From assembly GCA_977017575.1 (NCBI GenBank), contig CDRNVI010000148.1:124001-188000 (forward strand): a DNA stretch of 64,000 nt. Direction: 5' to 3'. Numbering within the stretch: the first letter of the stretch is position 1; every line of letters starts with the position of its first letter. The notes beneath the pieces were generated by a model. That model was given only the letters and a program-made list of their open reading frames with translations. It ran no database searches and was not told where the DNA came from. Shown here piece by piece: positions 23,118-33,741 of the stretch. The position numbers and the translations under genes are program-made. The stretch is from Paramoeba atlantica. Taxonomy: Eukaryota > Protista > Discosea.

Positions 23118-23524
23118 TGACTTTGATCTCTGTGGTTTTGATCTTCTTTTTCTCCCCAAACACCAAACAGTATTTGTTTATTTTTTTTTGCAGGTTTGGC
23201 AGAATCATCTCGTTGTCAAAGTGAACACGAACAAGAGTGACTCTTTTCCAAGGAGAATGAGCGAAGGTCATCTCGTGATCTTTGAAGGTTTGCTGTGGGG
23301 CAAAAAAAAACGTTGTGGTTGAGAATGGTAATCCCCTTTTTTTTTCTTCAATCTTTTGTTTCACTTCATCTCTGGTGAAGCCGATCATCAAACTCCCAAT
23401 CAAAAAATCCCCTCATTCAAAACGAAAAGCCTGATGATTACTTCCCACGCCACAAAATGGCCCCACAAAAGAAAAAAACCAAAACCAAAAATTTTGATCG
23501 TCATTTCTCAATAATAAGAAAGAT

Positions 23525-24448
23525 TTAATTTTGAAATAAATTGAATAAAAATAAATTGGGAAGATAAGAAAACCATAAAGATGAGAGAGAAGATGAGAGA
23601 GAAAACCATAAAGATGAGAGAAAAAAAAGTTTTTCACTCAACCAATCCACTGAACTGAAACCCACACCAACAAACCACCCTTCTTCCCAAACAAAATAGA
23701 GAATAACCAACAAAAAAACCAAGGCAACAAAAGTAAAAAAGAAACGCCGAGGGAAATGTTGCCAAAATGAGTGTTGCTCATCAACTTTCTCATTATTATT
23801 CACAAAACGTTGGACCCATTCTCCACCTGTGTCGCATTCCCAAACCCAAACTTTCCCTTTTTTTTCATTTGTCAAGAGGTGGGAAGCACCCTCAGCCACA
23901 AGAACAACTTCATTTTTTTTCAATGGAGGCAATATTTGAGAGCGTGGATATTGATAACCACAAACAACACCACCGACAATTGATTGGCGAACCAACAAAG
24001 CGAATTTGTTTGGTTCCCGAGGGCAATCGCAGTTCATTGGAGAGAGGAGATTGGGGTGATACAAGAACCACAGCATCCCATGAGCATAATCAGTGATTCT
24101 GAGATATTCATTCTCTTCAGAGAGAAGGGAGAAGCAAATTGAAGTCCCTGCGACATTGGGATGAAAGATCTTATTCCAAAAGGTCAATCGCGGCTTCTCA
24201 GATGGGTATTGTTTCGATAAATTCATCTTGACCTCATAAAACCCATCTTTGTACAAACCATCATTGGGAGTTAAAGTAATCATCAACTCAAACGGATTGT
24301 CGTCAACCATCGAAACTTTGACTTGGTCTTCCGAAAAAGAGTATGAGTTAAACTCTTTCAATTCCCTCATAATATGACGAGCTGCATTTCCTTGTTCGTT
24401 GGGTTTAGGTTCCCTCTTTTTCGTAATTCGCTTGAAACGTCGACCCAT
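23525..24448 (-). CDS. Atypical ubiquitin/UBL-conjugating enzyme (E2, Ubc12-like) with C-terminal extension; 3' end uncertain
   Basis: LTPNDGLYKDGFYEV, YPSEKPRLTFWNKIFHPNV, catalytic ICFSLL and HPNLLSPMN, followed by a Trp-rich segment and a hydrophobic stretch. Confidence 0.8.
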   Translation of the reverse strand: MGRRFKRITKKREPKPNEQGNAARHIMRELKEFNSYSFSEDQVKVSMVDDNPFELMITLTPNDGLYKDGFYEVKMNLSKQYPSEKPRLTFWNKIFHPNVAGTSICFSLLSEENEYLRITDYAHGMLWFLYHPNLLSPMNCDCPREPNKFALLVRQSIVGGVVCGYQYPRSQILPPLKKNEVVLVAEGASHLLTNEKKGKVWVWECDTGGEWVQRFVNNNEKVDEQHSFWQHFPRRFFFTFVALVFLLVILYFVWEEGWFVGVGFSSVDWLSEKLFFLSSLWFSLSSSLSSLWFSYLPNLFLFNLFQN

Positions 24449-24801
24449 TAGGGATGATAAAAAAAGATACCGTTGGTTCCAGAAAAAAAAAAAGAAAAGA
24501 GGAGGAAAACATTGTCTTTGATGCTCTGATTCTCCTTCAACGAAAAGACAAAAGCTCCACGTCTCAAACGTGTTCGACGAAACAAATTAGCACACACAAA
24601 ATCAACTAAACTTTTTATGACCAAATTTAGGGAAAATGTGCATTATTACTTCACTCATTCCCGCCCATTTTCTTTTCACATTTTGAAATTTTTATTCTTA
24701 TTTGACAGTCAAATTTTTTTTTTTGAGGATTCACCACCCCAACACATTCAATTTTAATATTTTTCTCTTCTTATGATTTTTTTTCGTCAATCTTCTCAAT
24801 C

Positions 24802-27796
24802 TTAAGGAGGATCGCATGGTTCAACGTAAGTTCCAGGAATAAATCCCTTGTTATCACCAAGTAGGACCTACAAAAGAAATAACAACAATCAAAATCCAAT
24901 AGATTCAAAGACGAATGACCACTATCTTTTTTCAACAGAAAAAAAAAATCACAAAAAAAAAAAAATGACCTCCATCCATCCACCAGGAAACCTCCTCAAA
25001 ACTCGCATTTGATCACCCTCATTAAAACTCAACTCCGGTGTGTCTGGTGTCTTTGTGAAACTAAACATGGCCAATACCCAGTCCCCTTTCTCTTTATTGC
25101 TTCCCTCTTCTTTCGTTCCCTCTTTTTTCGTTTCCTCTTTTTTCGGTTCTTCTATCTTCGTTTCTTCTTTCTTTGTTTCTTCTTTCTGCTGAACCTCCTC
25201 TTCTTTTTTCGTCTCTGCTGTACTCTCACCACTTAACCTGCTAGCCACCATTTTTTGTTGCACCTCAACCCCATTCTTTTCATCTTGTTGAAATTGGCCA
25301 AATTGTTTCTGATAAAAAGAAATAAATAAATAAATTCTCAAAGGAAACGACGATCAAAGAAAAGAGGGAAAACAAAAAATGTGTCTTACTTGGTAAGCCC
25401 CTGGTTGAATCATTTGACTTGCACGATTTTGTTTTGCGAGTTTCAACATCTTCTCAAATTCAGGATTTGCCGCTTTCCCAGAACCTCTCGGACTCGCTCC
25501 AACTTTTGCCACAGCAATCCCTTTCGCAAGACTGGCGGCCCCCCTCGGGGAAGGAGATTCGCTTCCAGAACTTCCTGCTTCTCCATCCTTCTTCTTCAGA
25601 GGAACATTAAAAACTTCTGTATACGAAACAGGGAAATGTCCATATTTCCCATTTAACTTCCCAGTCCACCATCCTCCTTCTTTTCCTTTCTTCCATACAA
25701 CAATGACCTCTCCTCTTTTAAAAGAAAGGACATTCTGTTTCTCTGGTGGTGGTTTGAAATCCCATTTTGCTCGACAGACTAATCTTGTTGCCCCTTCCCC
25801 TGATGATCTCTGCCAAAGTAAAAAAATAATATTAAAAGAAGGAAAAAATGAATGAGATTCTTTTTGAGAAAAACCACCAACAATAAATAAAAAAAACACA
25901 TCCAAAAAAAGACTTCAAAAATTTGGGGAGAAAAAAAGAGGAAATAAAAAATCACCTGTGATGGAATCGAACTCTCCCCACCAAGAGGCTGAGTTGCATT
26001 TCGAGCCAAAGGACTTGAATTCCTTAGTTGTTGTTGTTGTTGTTGTTGTGAATCTGAAGGTGTTGATGAAGCTGATGGGAGCGATGGCGGCAACGATTGT
26101 GGAATGTGCGACATATTTCGAGGAATAGTTTTCTCTGAAGGGGGGATAGAAGTGGGTGATAAAGATGCTGAGTGTCGGGATGCAGTTGTTGGTTGAGAAG
26201 CTGAAAGTGTTAACAAATTTGGCGGAGGTATTGTTGGCTGTTGTGGAAGAACAGGCTGTGGTAATTGCTGAACTGGTGATGATGAGGGTTGTTCTGGAGG
26301 AGGAGGTTGTTCTGTTAGTTCTGAGGGGGAAGGTTGTTCACGTTGTGATTGTTGGGATAATTCAGGTGATAGAGATTGAGATGATTCTTGTGTTGTTTCA
26401 TCTTGCTCATTTTGTGTTTTCTCTTGATATTCTTGAGCACCTTCCACTTGACTAGCATCAAACTCAATTTCTTCCGCATAATCACTTTGAAACCAACCCC
26501 ATCGCCGATTATTCAACAGTATTGTCGGAACAGGAGATGATTCAGTATTTTTTGCATCTACATAATATTCTCCAAACCAAAAACCTTCCTTATCTCCTTC
26601 CCTTTGGAGGACACCAAGAATCATTCCAGCAGAGAAAGAGATTTCATCAAAGAGTTCAGCTTCAAAGTCCCAAAGACCACGAACATAGAACAACGCTTCC
26701 TGTCTTGGTGGTTCCACTAATTGGGGGTGTTGTTGAACCGCCATCTCACTACTACTTTGTAATGTTTGTGTTCCTCCTGTTGTATCAACCGTGGTGGTGG
26801 TGGTGGTGGTGGTGGGTGTTGTTCCTGAGGGGGGAGGAAGATCAAAAGTCGCTGGGGGTTGACTAGTAGTGTTATCATTCGCTCCCCCTTCTTCCCTCAT
26901 TTCATCTTCTACATCTTTTCCTTCAAAAATTTCGTCATAATCAATGATAATCAGCTCTACGAGGCTATTTGTCTGATTCATATCTGTCATCATCGATTCG
27001 TGATTCTCTGACTTTGCTCGAAGGAGTGTGGGAGAAAACACAATCGAAAGGTTCGATGCTTTCATCATATTCACTTCGCGTTGGTCATGAATTAGCTTCA
27101 ACAAATGAACAAAAGCTTTCAGGAGAGCGTAATTTCCAGGAGGGAGCAATTCAATCACTTTTCGAAGACACGAGATCCGGTTTGATCGAAGTGGAACAGA
27201 TCCACCAGCAAGAAAACAATCATAAAGCTCGAACGTACATACAGGGTCAGATAACTCACGAAGGAATAACTTTAAACAACCGCTGACACAATGCGGTTCA
27301 AGAATTTCGAAAATATTGACATCTTCACCTAAAGATTCATTTTCAAGAGAATCAATTTTTTTTTGTCTTTTCAAAAAAAAAAAAAAAGAAAAAAGCAAAA
27401 AAGGATTCAAACCTCGGTCAAATCGCTCTTTTAGTGCTTTCACACGAGCAACAGAACCCGAAACTCGAAAAATACCCTCTAAATCCAAGGCTGTAAATTG
27501 AAAAATTATGAGAAAACTTTTTTTTTCCTTCTTTGGAGAGATATCTTTTTGTCTTTTTCCCTTTTTTGAGATATTTTTTTGAATCTTTCTCCCTCTTTTG
27601 TAATTTCTACTCGACCCTCTCGTTTCTGTGTGATGTGAGCCTTTTTCAAAAAAAAAAAAAAAAGAAAACCTTTTTCCTCCAAATAAGCACAGCATTTTGT
27701 AAAGAGAGGAGGAAGGTGTTCATTTTCAGGATTAAAGATAGCTTCCTCAACTGGAAACTTACCTTTCTTTTTCTTTCCTCCTTTTCCTTTAAACAT
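24802..27796 (-). CDS. RhoGAP with three SH3 domains, multi-exon
   Basis: Arg finger LEGIFRVSG, LKLFLRELSDP and NMMKASNLSIVFSPTLL. SH3-1 VRGLWDFEAELFDEISF, SH3-2 RAKWDFK...WWTGKLNGKYGHFPVSY, SH3-3 LAMFSF...GGWME|VLLGDNKGFIPGTYVE. Pro/Ser/Gln linkers. Confidence 0.88.
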
Positions 27797-28056
27797 GTTT
27801 ACGGAATCTCTTTTCTTTCTCTCTTCTTCTCTTCTCTTCTCCCCCTCTTCACCACGAAAAAAAACAAAACCAAAAAAACAAAAAACAGTAAAAATAGCCC
27901 CGACCAAAAGCCCAAAAAACTACGAAAAAAACCATACCTGATTTTTAAAGCAAACGTCATCAAATGTACCCAAACATGGATTTCCTTTTTTTGTCATTTT
28001 TCTGTTCTTAATTTTTTTCTTCGTTCGCTTTTTTTTTTTTTTCTTTGTCTTGCCAA

Positions 28057-29814
28057 ATGACAAGCGTTCTGTCCATTTGCCCCGAGGTCATTGACCGGCG
28101 CTTGACCGAGGGACATGCAGTCTGCTCTTCATTTAATAGTCGAGGAACCCTTCTTTCTGGTTCTTCTTTTTTCTTTAATTTTTATCGAGAGAAAAATGCA
28201 AAAAAAAACACCTCGCCCCACAACAACACACAATTAAATGATCAAATTTCTTTGGACTGAGTTTTTCAATATTTGGAACAGTTGGTTGTCTTGATGGACG
28301 AATTATGATTTGGGACTTTGTGGTAATGGGAATGATGCGTGTTCTCATGGCTCATGTTCGTCCTATTACTTCTCTCTGTTGGTCCCGGAATAGTCGGAAG
28401 CTTCTTTCTTCTTCTGTTGATTGGAATGTTCTTGTTTGGGATGTTGAATCTGGTCAGGTTCTTCTTTATAAATCTATTTTTTGTGTGGTTTATTTTGTGA
28501 GTCGATATTTGTTCTCTTTTTTTGGTTATTCAACAGCAACCCTTCTCTATTCTCTGTTTGTTTTTTCATTTGGTTGATTTGTTTCTTGTTTTTTTTTTCA
28601 CTTAGGTCGAAAGAAAGTTCTGTTTTGATTCTCCTGTGTTATCAGCCGATTTTCACTCTCTTGGTCATTGTGCTCTTGTTTCTTCTTTTATGGAGGTTCT
28701 TTTTTACTTGCCAATTTTATCAGTCAAAAAAAAAGCACCCACTAATTCTTATTCTATCAGCCAGTACATATTCTCAATATCGAAAAAGGAGATAGAATTC
28801 AAGTTCCAATCATCCCAAAAGAAATTCCGAATTTTGATCCCACGATTGGTGTCCCTCTTTCTGATCTCCAATCGAACAAATGCGTAACCAATTTGATTTC
28901 CGCTTCTTTTAACCTGACTTGTGATCGAATTGTGACTGGAAATGGCAATGGGATTCTTGCTGTGTTTGAATTTGAGACGCTCAAGTTAGTTCATGTGTCA
29001 AAAATACCTGGAGGTGGGCCGATCAAAGCCATCCGGTTTAGTCCTCGAGGAAATTATTTTCTCCTAAACTCTGACAAAACAATGAAACTCTATCGTTCTG
29101 ATACTTATCAGTATATTAGAGACTTTAAAGTAAGAGATTTCAAATGGATTAATTATCTTTTTATTTTGTATTTTTTTTTTATGGCGGTGGGGGTGTGTGT
29201 GTGTGTGTTATTCTCGTAATAATGGTGTTTTTGTCTTACCATCAAAGAGAACAGGATCCAATTTACCACTTCCATTGGAGATCAGGAAACTTTAGTAATG
29301 ATGAAGAATTCGTGATTGCAGGATCGGCAGAGAAACCACTCCACAATATCTATGTTTGGAATATTGAAGGAATTCTCGAAAAAACATTGGAGGGTCCGCC
29401 TGAGGTTTGTCGTGTTTCTTTGAATAATTATTTTTTAAAGGGGATAAAAAAAACTAATAAAATTATTTTTGTTATGTTTTTATAATTTAGGGTGTGATGG
29501 ATTTAAAATGGCATCCAAAACGTCCTGTGATTGCTTCTTCTTCTGCGATGGGTGCTGTTTATATCTGGACTGTCCAACAAACTGAGAATTGGAGCGCTTT
29601 TGCCCCAGACTTTCAGGAACTTGAGGAAAATCAAATTTATATTGAAAAGGAAGATGAGTTTGATCTTGTGGATGAAAAGGAGAGCCTTTCTTCCAAAAAA
29701 GGGAAGGATGAGGTTGAGTATGAAAGTTTAGAAGAAGACGACGAAGATGGGGAGAATCCAGATGACGAGTTGTGGTTCCTTCCTCCGACGATCCCGAAAA
29801 TTTCTTTGACTTGA
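28057..29814 (+). CDS. RBBP5: RBBP5/Swd1 WD40 subunit of COMPASS/Set1
   Basis: [52 protein letters not shown] and the diagnostic [27 protein letters not shown]. Confidence 0.93.
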
Positions 29815-29966
29815 GAGAAAAATTCTTTTTTTTTGGTGTTTTTGGTTTCTTTGGTGTGGATGAGTTTTCTTCTCGCTTTTTTTTTTGGGGGGGGGTGATG
29901 ATAGAACTCTCGCGAACCAATCTCTCTCTCTCTCTCGATGCCCGTTAGCTCGACTTTCTTCTCGTT

Positions 29967-31346
29967 TTAGTTTTCGTCGTCATCGTCGGATGGTAAGAGA
30001 TAGAAATCAACGAAACAAGTCTTTTTATCGTCCGTTGTTAACCTATTTCCAAACTTGTTAAAAAAGTGAGAGTCCAGAAGAAGAAGATGGGTGTTGTTTC
30101 ACTTACATGTGTTGAACACAAAGCATTCCTTTTTCATTCATTCGGATTTGAGTTTGGGTTGCTAATGTTCCCGCAGCTTTCACAGCAGGTTGAAAATGTT
30201 GGAGGCGGTATGTAAATTGTTGCGACTGTCGACAATCAAACTCTACGAACGCTTCTGAAGAGCTGGGAAACTGGATCTGTGGTGTATTTGTGTGAAGATA
30301 AAATTATTTTGAGAACAAAAAACAGAGGATTAAATTTTTTTGTGTAATCATTTAAGAAAGAGGAGTCGAAAAACTTTGAAGTAAAACCAACCTCAAAACT
30401 CCCATAAGCGCCACCAGTTGAAAATTGAAAGTGGGGATGATCAGGGGACATATAAACAGTTAACGTATCATTTGACCAATCCTGTTGTGTTGTGGGGTGT
30501 GTGAGAAAAGTTTCTTGTTGGTGGGGGGAGAGGGGGTTGTTCAAGAAAAAAGAGAGGAAATTACCAATTCCATGAGAGCTTCCTTTAAGATGTTGGCCTG
30601 TTTTTGGGAAAAAGAGATCAATCAAACAAACAAAAACTCAAAAAAAAAATTCAAGAATTAAAGGTTCAAACATGAAGGATGACTTTGTTATAAATTTCGA
30701 ATCTTCGAAAATCGGTCGAAAAAAACATCAAATCTTCACAATCAAACGTTCTCAAAGAGATTTCAGAGAGGACAGAATCTTCAGTCACTCTATTTTTTTT
30801 GGATAAGAAGAAAAAAAAAAAGGAAAAAAGAAAGACCTCTCGATCAAAAATAAATAAACGGAGAGATCAACATACGAGACTTTGAGGGGTTGACCATAAC
30901 CCTGGTAGTCCATGGAAATCATACCACTCGAGTGGGGTCCATAGATATTCAAACATGTCAACAAAATGGAAAGAGGAACTAAAAAAAAACCATCAATCTC
31001 TTTCATCCATCAGATTCTTTGTCAAAAAAGATTTTTCAAAAAAAAAGTACAAACTTTTGAATGGTCGAACTGTATCAGTAGCACGAAAAGAGGAGAAGAT
31101 TTCTTCACTCAAAGACAAGGAAGCTTGCCAAATGTGAGATTCTTCAACCACAAACCGAACCGTCTTGACACAAACATTTACGATGGCGATTTGATGTTTC
31201 TTGGCAAAGTGAAGATGTTGTAAAACTCCCTGAAGAATGCTCACTTTTTCCATTTGAAAAGCAAAAGAATCTTCATCTTCAAATTGAGAAGATGAGAGGG
31301 ACAAATAACTTTCGTCAGTGTCTCGAAAACTTTGTGAGGAAGACAT
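29967..31346 (-). CDS. RAD1: RAD1 subunit of the 9-1-1 checkpoint clamp
   Basis: LLTCLNIYG...MDYQGYGQPL, DWSNDTLTVYMSPDHPHFQFSTGGAYGS and QIRMNEKGMLCVQHM match the Rad1/Rec1 family. Ends ...FYLLPSDDDDEN*. Confidence 0.85.
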
Positions 31347-31587
31347 AAATTAAAACAAAAAAAAAGGAAAAAACAAAAACAAAAAACAAAAACGAAAAAA
31401 AAAAAAGGCAAGTGGACACCTTGAAAATTAAAATAATCCGAAACTATTCAAAAATCAGGATTTTTATCCGCGGGAGTCTTCTGTTTTTTCAGATATAAGA
31501 TAATTCAATTTTCTATTTTTTACAATTAAATAAAATCAGAGAGATTTTGTTGTGTGTTTTGTTTTCCATTCTTCTGAGCGAGGAGCC

Positions 31588-32635
31588 ATGGCTGATTCTT
31601 CCCTCGTTGAAAAATATCATGTCGATCAATGGTGTGAGAAACATAAGGATTCGTTTGATCCCCCTGTTTGCAACAAACTGATGCACAAAAAACAATTGAC
31701 GGTCATGTTTGTTGGTGGACCCAATTCTCGAGAAGACTTTCACATCGAGGAAGGGGGCGAGTTCTTTTATCAGATGAAAGGGAATATGGAACTCCCAACA
31801 GTTCAAGCTGGCAAAAGAAAACTTGTGAAAATCTCAGAGGGTGAGGTCTCTCTCTTCCAATATTCCTTTCTTTTTTTCTCTTTCCCCCCTGATTCTTTCG
31901 TCCCATTCCACAGGTTTTCTTACTTCCTTCTCGAATTCCTCACTCTCCCCAACGTCCAGAAAAAGGATCTCTTGGATTAGTTGTTGAAAGAGAGCGTGAT
32001 AAAAGTGAGCTCGATTGTTTGAGATACTATGTTGATTTCGCAACCTGTAATGATGTTCTCTGGGAAAGCTACTTTCATTGCAGTGATCTTGGAACTGATC
32101 TTGTTCCCCAAGTGAAGGTTTTGCTTTTTGTTTGGTCAAAAAAAATGAATACCCTATTTTTTTAATAATAATTTCTCTTTTATAGGCATATCAAGCTTCA
32201 GAAGAATTTAAAACACGGAAACCCACTTCAACAAGTGTCTGTGCCAATCCTCCGTTTGAACAGGACACCAAGACTGTGGTCCCCGATCCCTTCAATCTGA
32301 AAAATTGGATCCAATCCCACCAAGAACAACTAAACCAAGGACTTGCTCTGGATTTATTTCAGAACCATCCAGATACCGAATTTTCGATTCAAGTGGTCGG
32401 TGGAGGGAAAACATTCGACCTGCCAGCATTAACTGTGGAAACTGTTTTTTTTCAATTGAAAGGGAAAATTACAATTACCGAACAAGGTTCTCAGTCATCA
32501 ACGACCCAACTGTTGGAACGTGAATGTTCAATCTTAAAACCAGGAACAAAAGTGACGGTTGAAAGGGAACCAGAATCGATTGGATTGGTTATCTCCCAAA
32601 GCCCGAAAGGCGCTTCTCGTGAACTTTCTTCTTGA
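31588..32635 (+). CDS. HAAO: 3-hydroxyanthranilate 3,4-dioxygenase (metazoan-type, two-domain length)
   Basis: PPVCNKLMH, VGGPNSREDFHIEEGGEFFYQMKG, FLLPSRIPHSPQR, GLVVERER and YFHCSDLGTDL across three exons. Confidence 0.95.
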
Positions 32636-32968
32636 AAAGGTTGAAAAAAATGAAAAAAGCAAAAAAAAAAATTACTTTTTCACCAAAAAGCAAAATTGGG
32701 GACCATCTTTGAAGAATATGGTCGAACAAATTCCCTTGCGACAACATTTTCCACCCATCCAAGAATGATTGCGAGGGAGTGGGATGTTTTTCATCTCTTT
32801 CTAAGATTTGTTTTCAGGACTTTAAAAATTCGATTTTTTCATTTTCTTGGGTTTGAAAAGATCGGTTTCGGCGTTTTTGTCGCGGTCGTTTTATTTCTCG
32901 TTTATTTCATTTTTCCTTTTCCCAGAACGAAAACTTGACCATACACCTCCAGAAGTTGCATCGCCGAT

Positions 32969-33589
32969 ATGGATACTTTTTTTGCTGTACCCCCTGCAAA
33001 GATGAGACGACTCTCTCTTGTGGAACCAAAATCCCACCAAACTCCTGCCCAACAACAACAAATGGAAACGATTCATTTAATGGCATCAGAGCCCTCTCTT
33101 CCTTCATTTCACAATTTTCTGTCAGCAGCAGCACCACCAACCCCAACAACCCAAACCTTCGAACAAATGGACAACAGGGATATCTTTCAAACCTCAAACC
33201 AACCAAATGTCTGGACTTCTTCCCCTTCTTCTCAATGGGAAACTCGTCAATGGAACGCATCCCCCTCATTTTTCCCGATTGTTCAAGATACAACGACCCC
33301 TCAATATCAGGAGACTCCAACAAGAAATCTCCTGGAAGAGAAAAACCAACCACTTTCTCAACTCAAAGAAATTTCAAAAAACCGAACCTCCCCACAAAAC
33401 GGACGTGCTTGTTCGCGATGTGGAACCTCTCGAACTCCAAGGTGGCGACGAGGACCAAAAGGTCGACAAACTTTATGCAATTCTTGTGGTCTAAAATACA
33501 TGGGAGAAGCTCGAAAGCGACATTATGATTATTTGGTTTCGATTTGTCTCAAACACAACGAACCCCTTTATCCTCCTGAAGAAGAATAA
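32969..33589 (+). CDS. GATA-type zinc-finger transcription factor
   Basis: CSRC-X18-CNSC (CGTSRTPRWRRGPKGRQTLCNSCGLKY) after a Ser/Gln/Pro-rich region. Confidence 0.92.
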   Translation: MDTFFAVPPAKMRRLSLVEPKSHQTPAQQQQMETIHLMASEPSLPSFHNFLSAAAPPTPTTQTFEQMDNRDIFQTSNQPNVWTSSPSSQWETRQWNASPSFFPIVQDTTTPQYQETPTRNLLEEKNQPLSQLKEISKNRTSPQNGRACSRCGTSRTPRWRRGPKGRQTLCNSCGLKYMGEARKRHYDYLVSICLKHNEPLYPPEEE

Positions 33590-33741
33590 TTAATTTTTGT
33601 ATTATTTGTTGATGTAAAAAGATTTTGTGTAAATAGTAAAGATTATTGACCTGTTTGATCAATTGTTTTCGTAAATTCGTCTTTTTGATTCTTGTCACTG
33701 GGATTCCATTCTTTCTTTACTTAATTCTCAGTCTCCCATTT

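Noticed and set aside
23059-23403. 114-aa minus-strand ORF as a further E2 exon, and a KPAKK word in another frame
   Set aside because: No clear acceptor joins it in frame, and the plus strand here fits a UBL intron/exon at least as well; KPAKK follows a stop codon.
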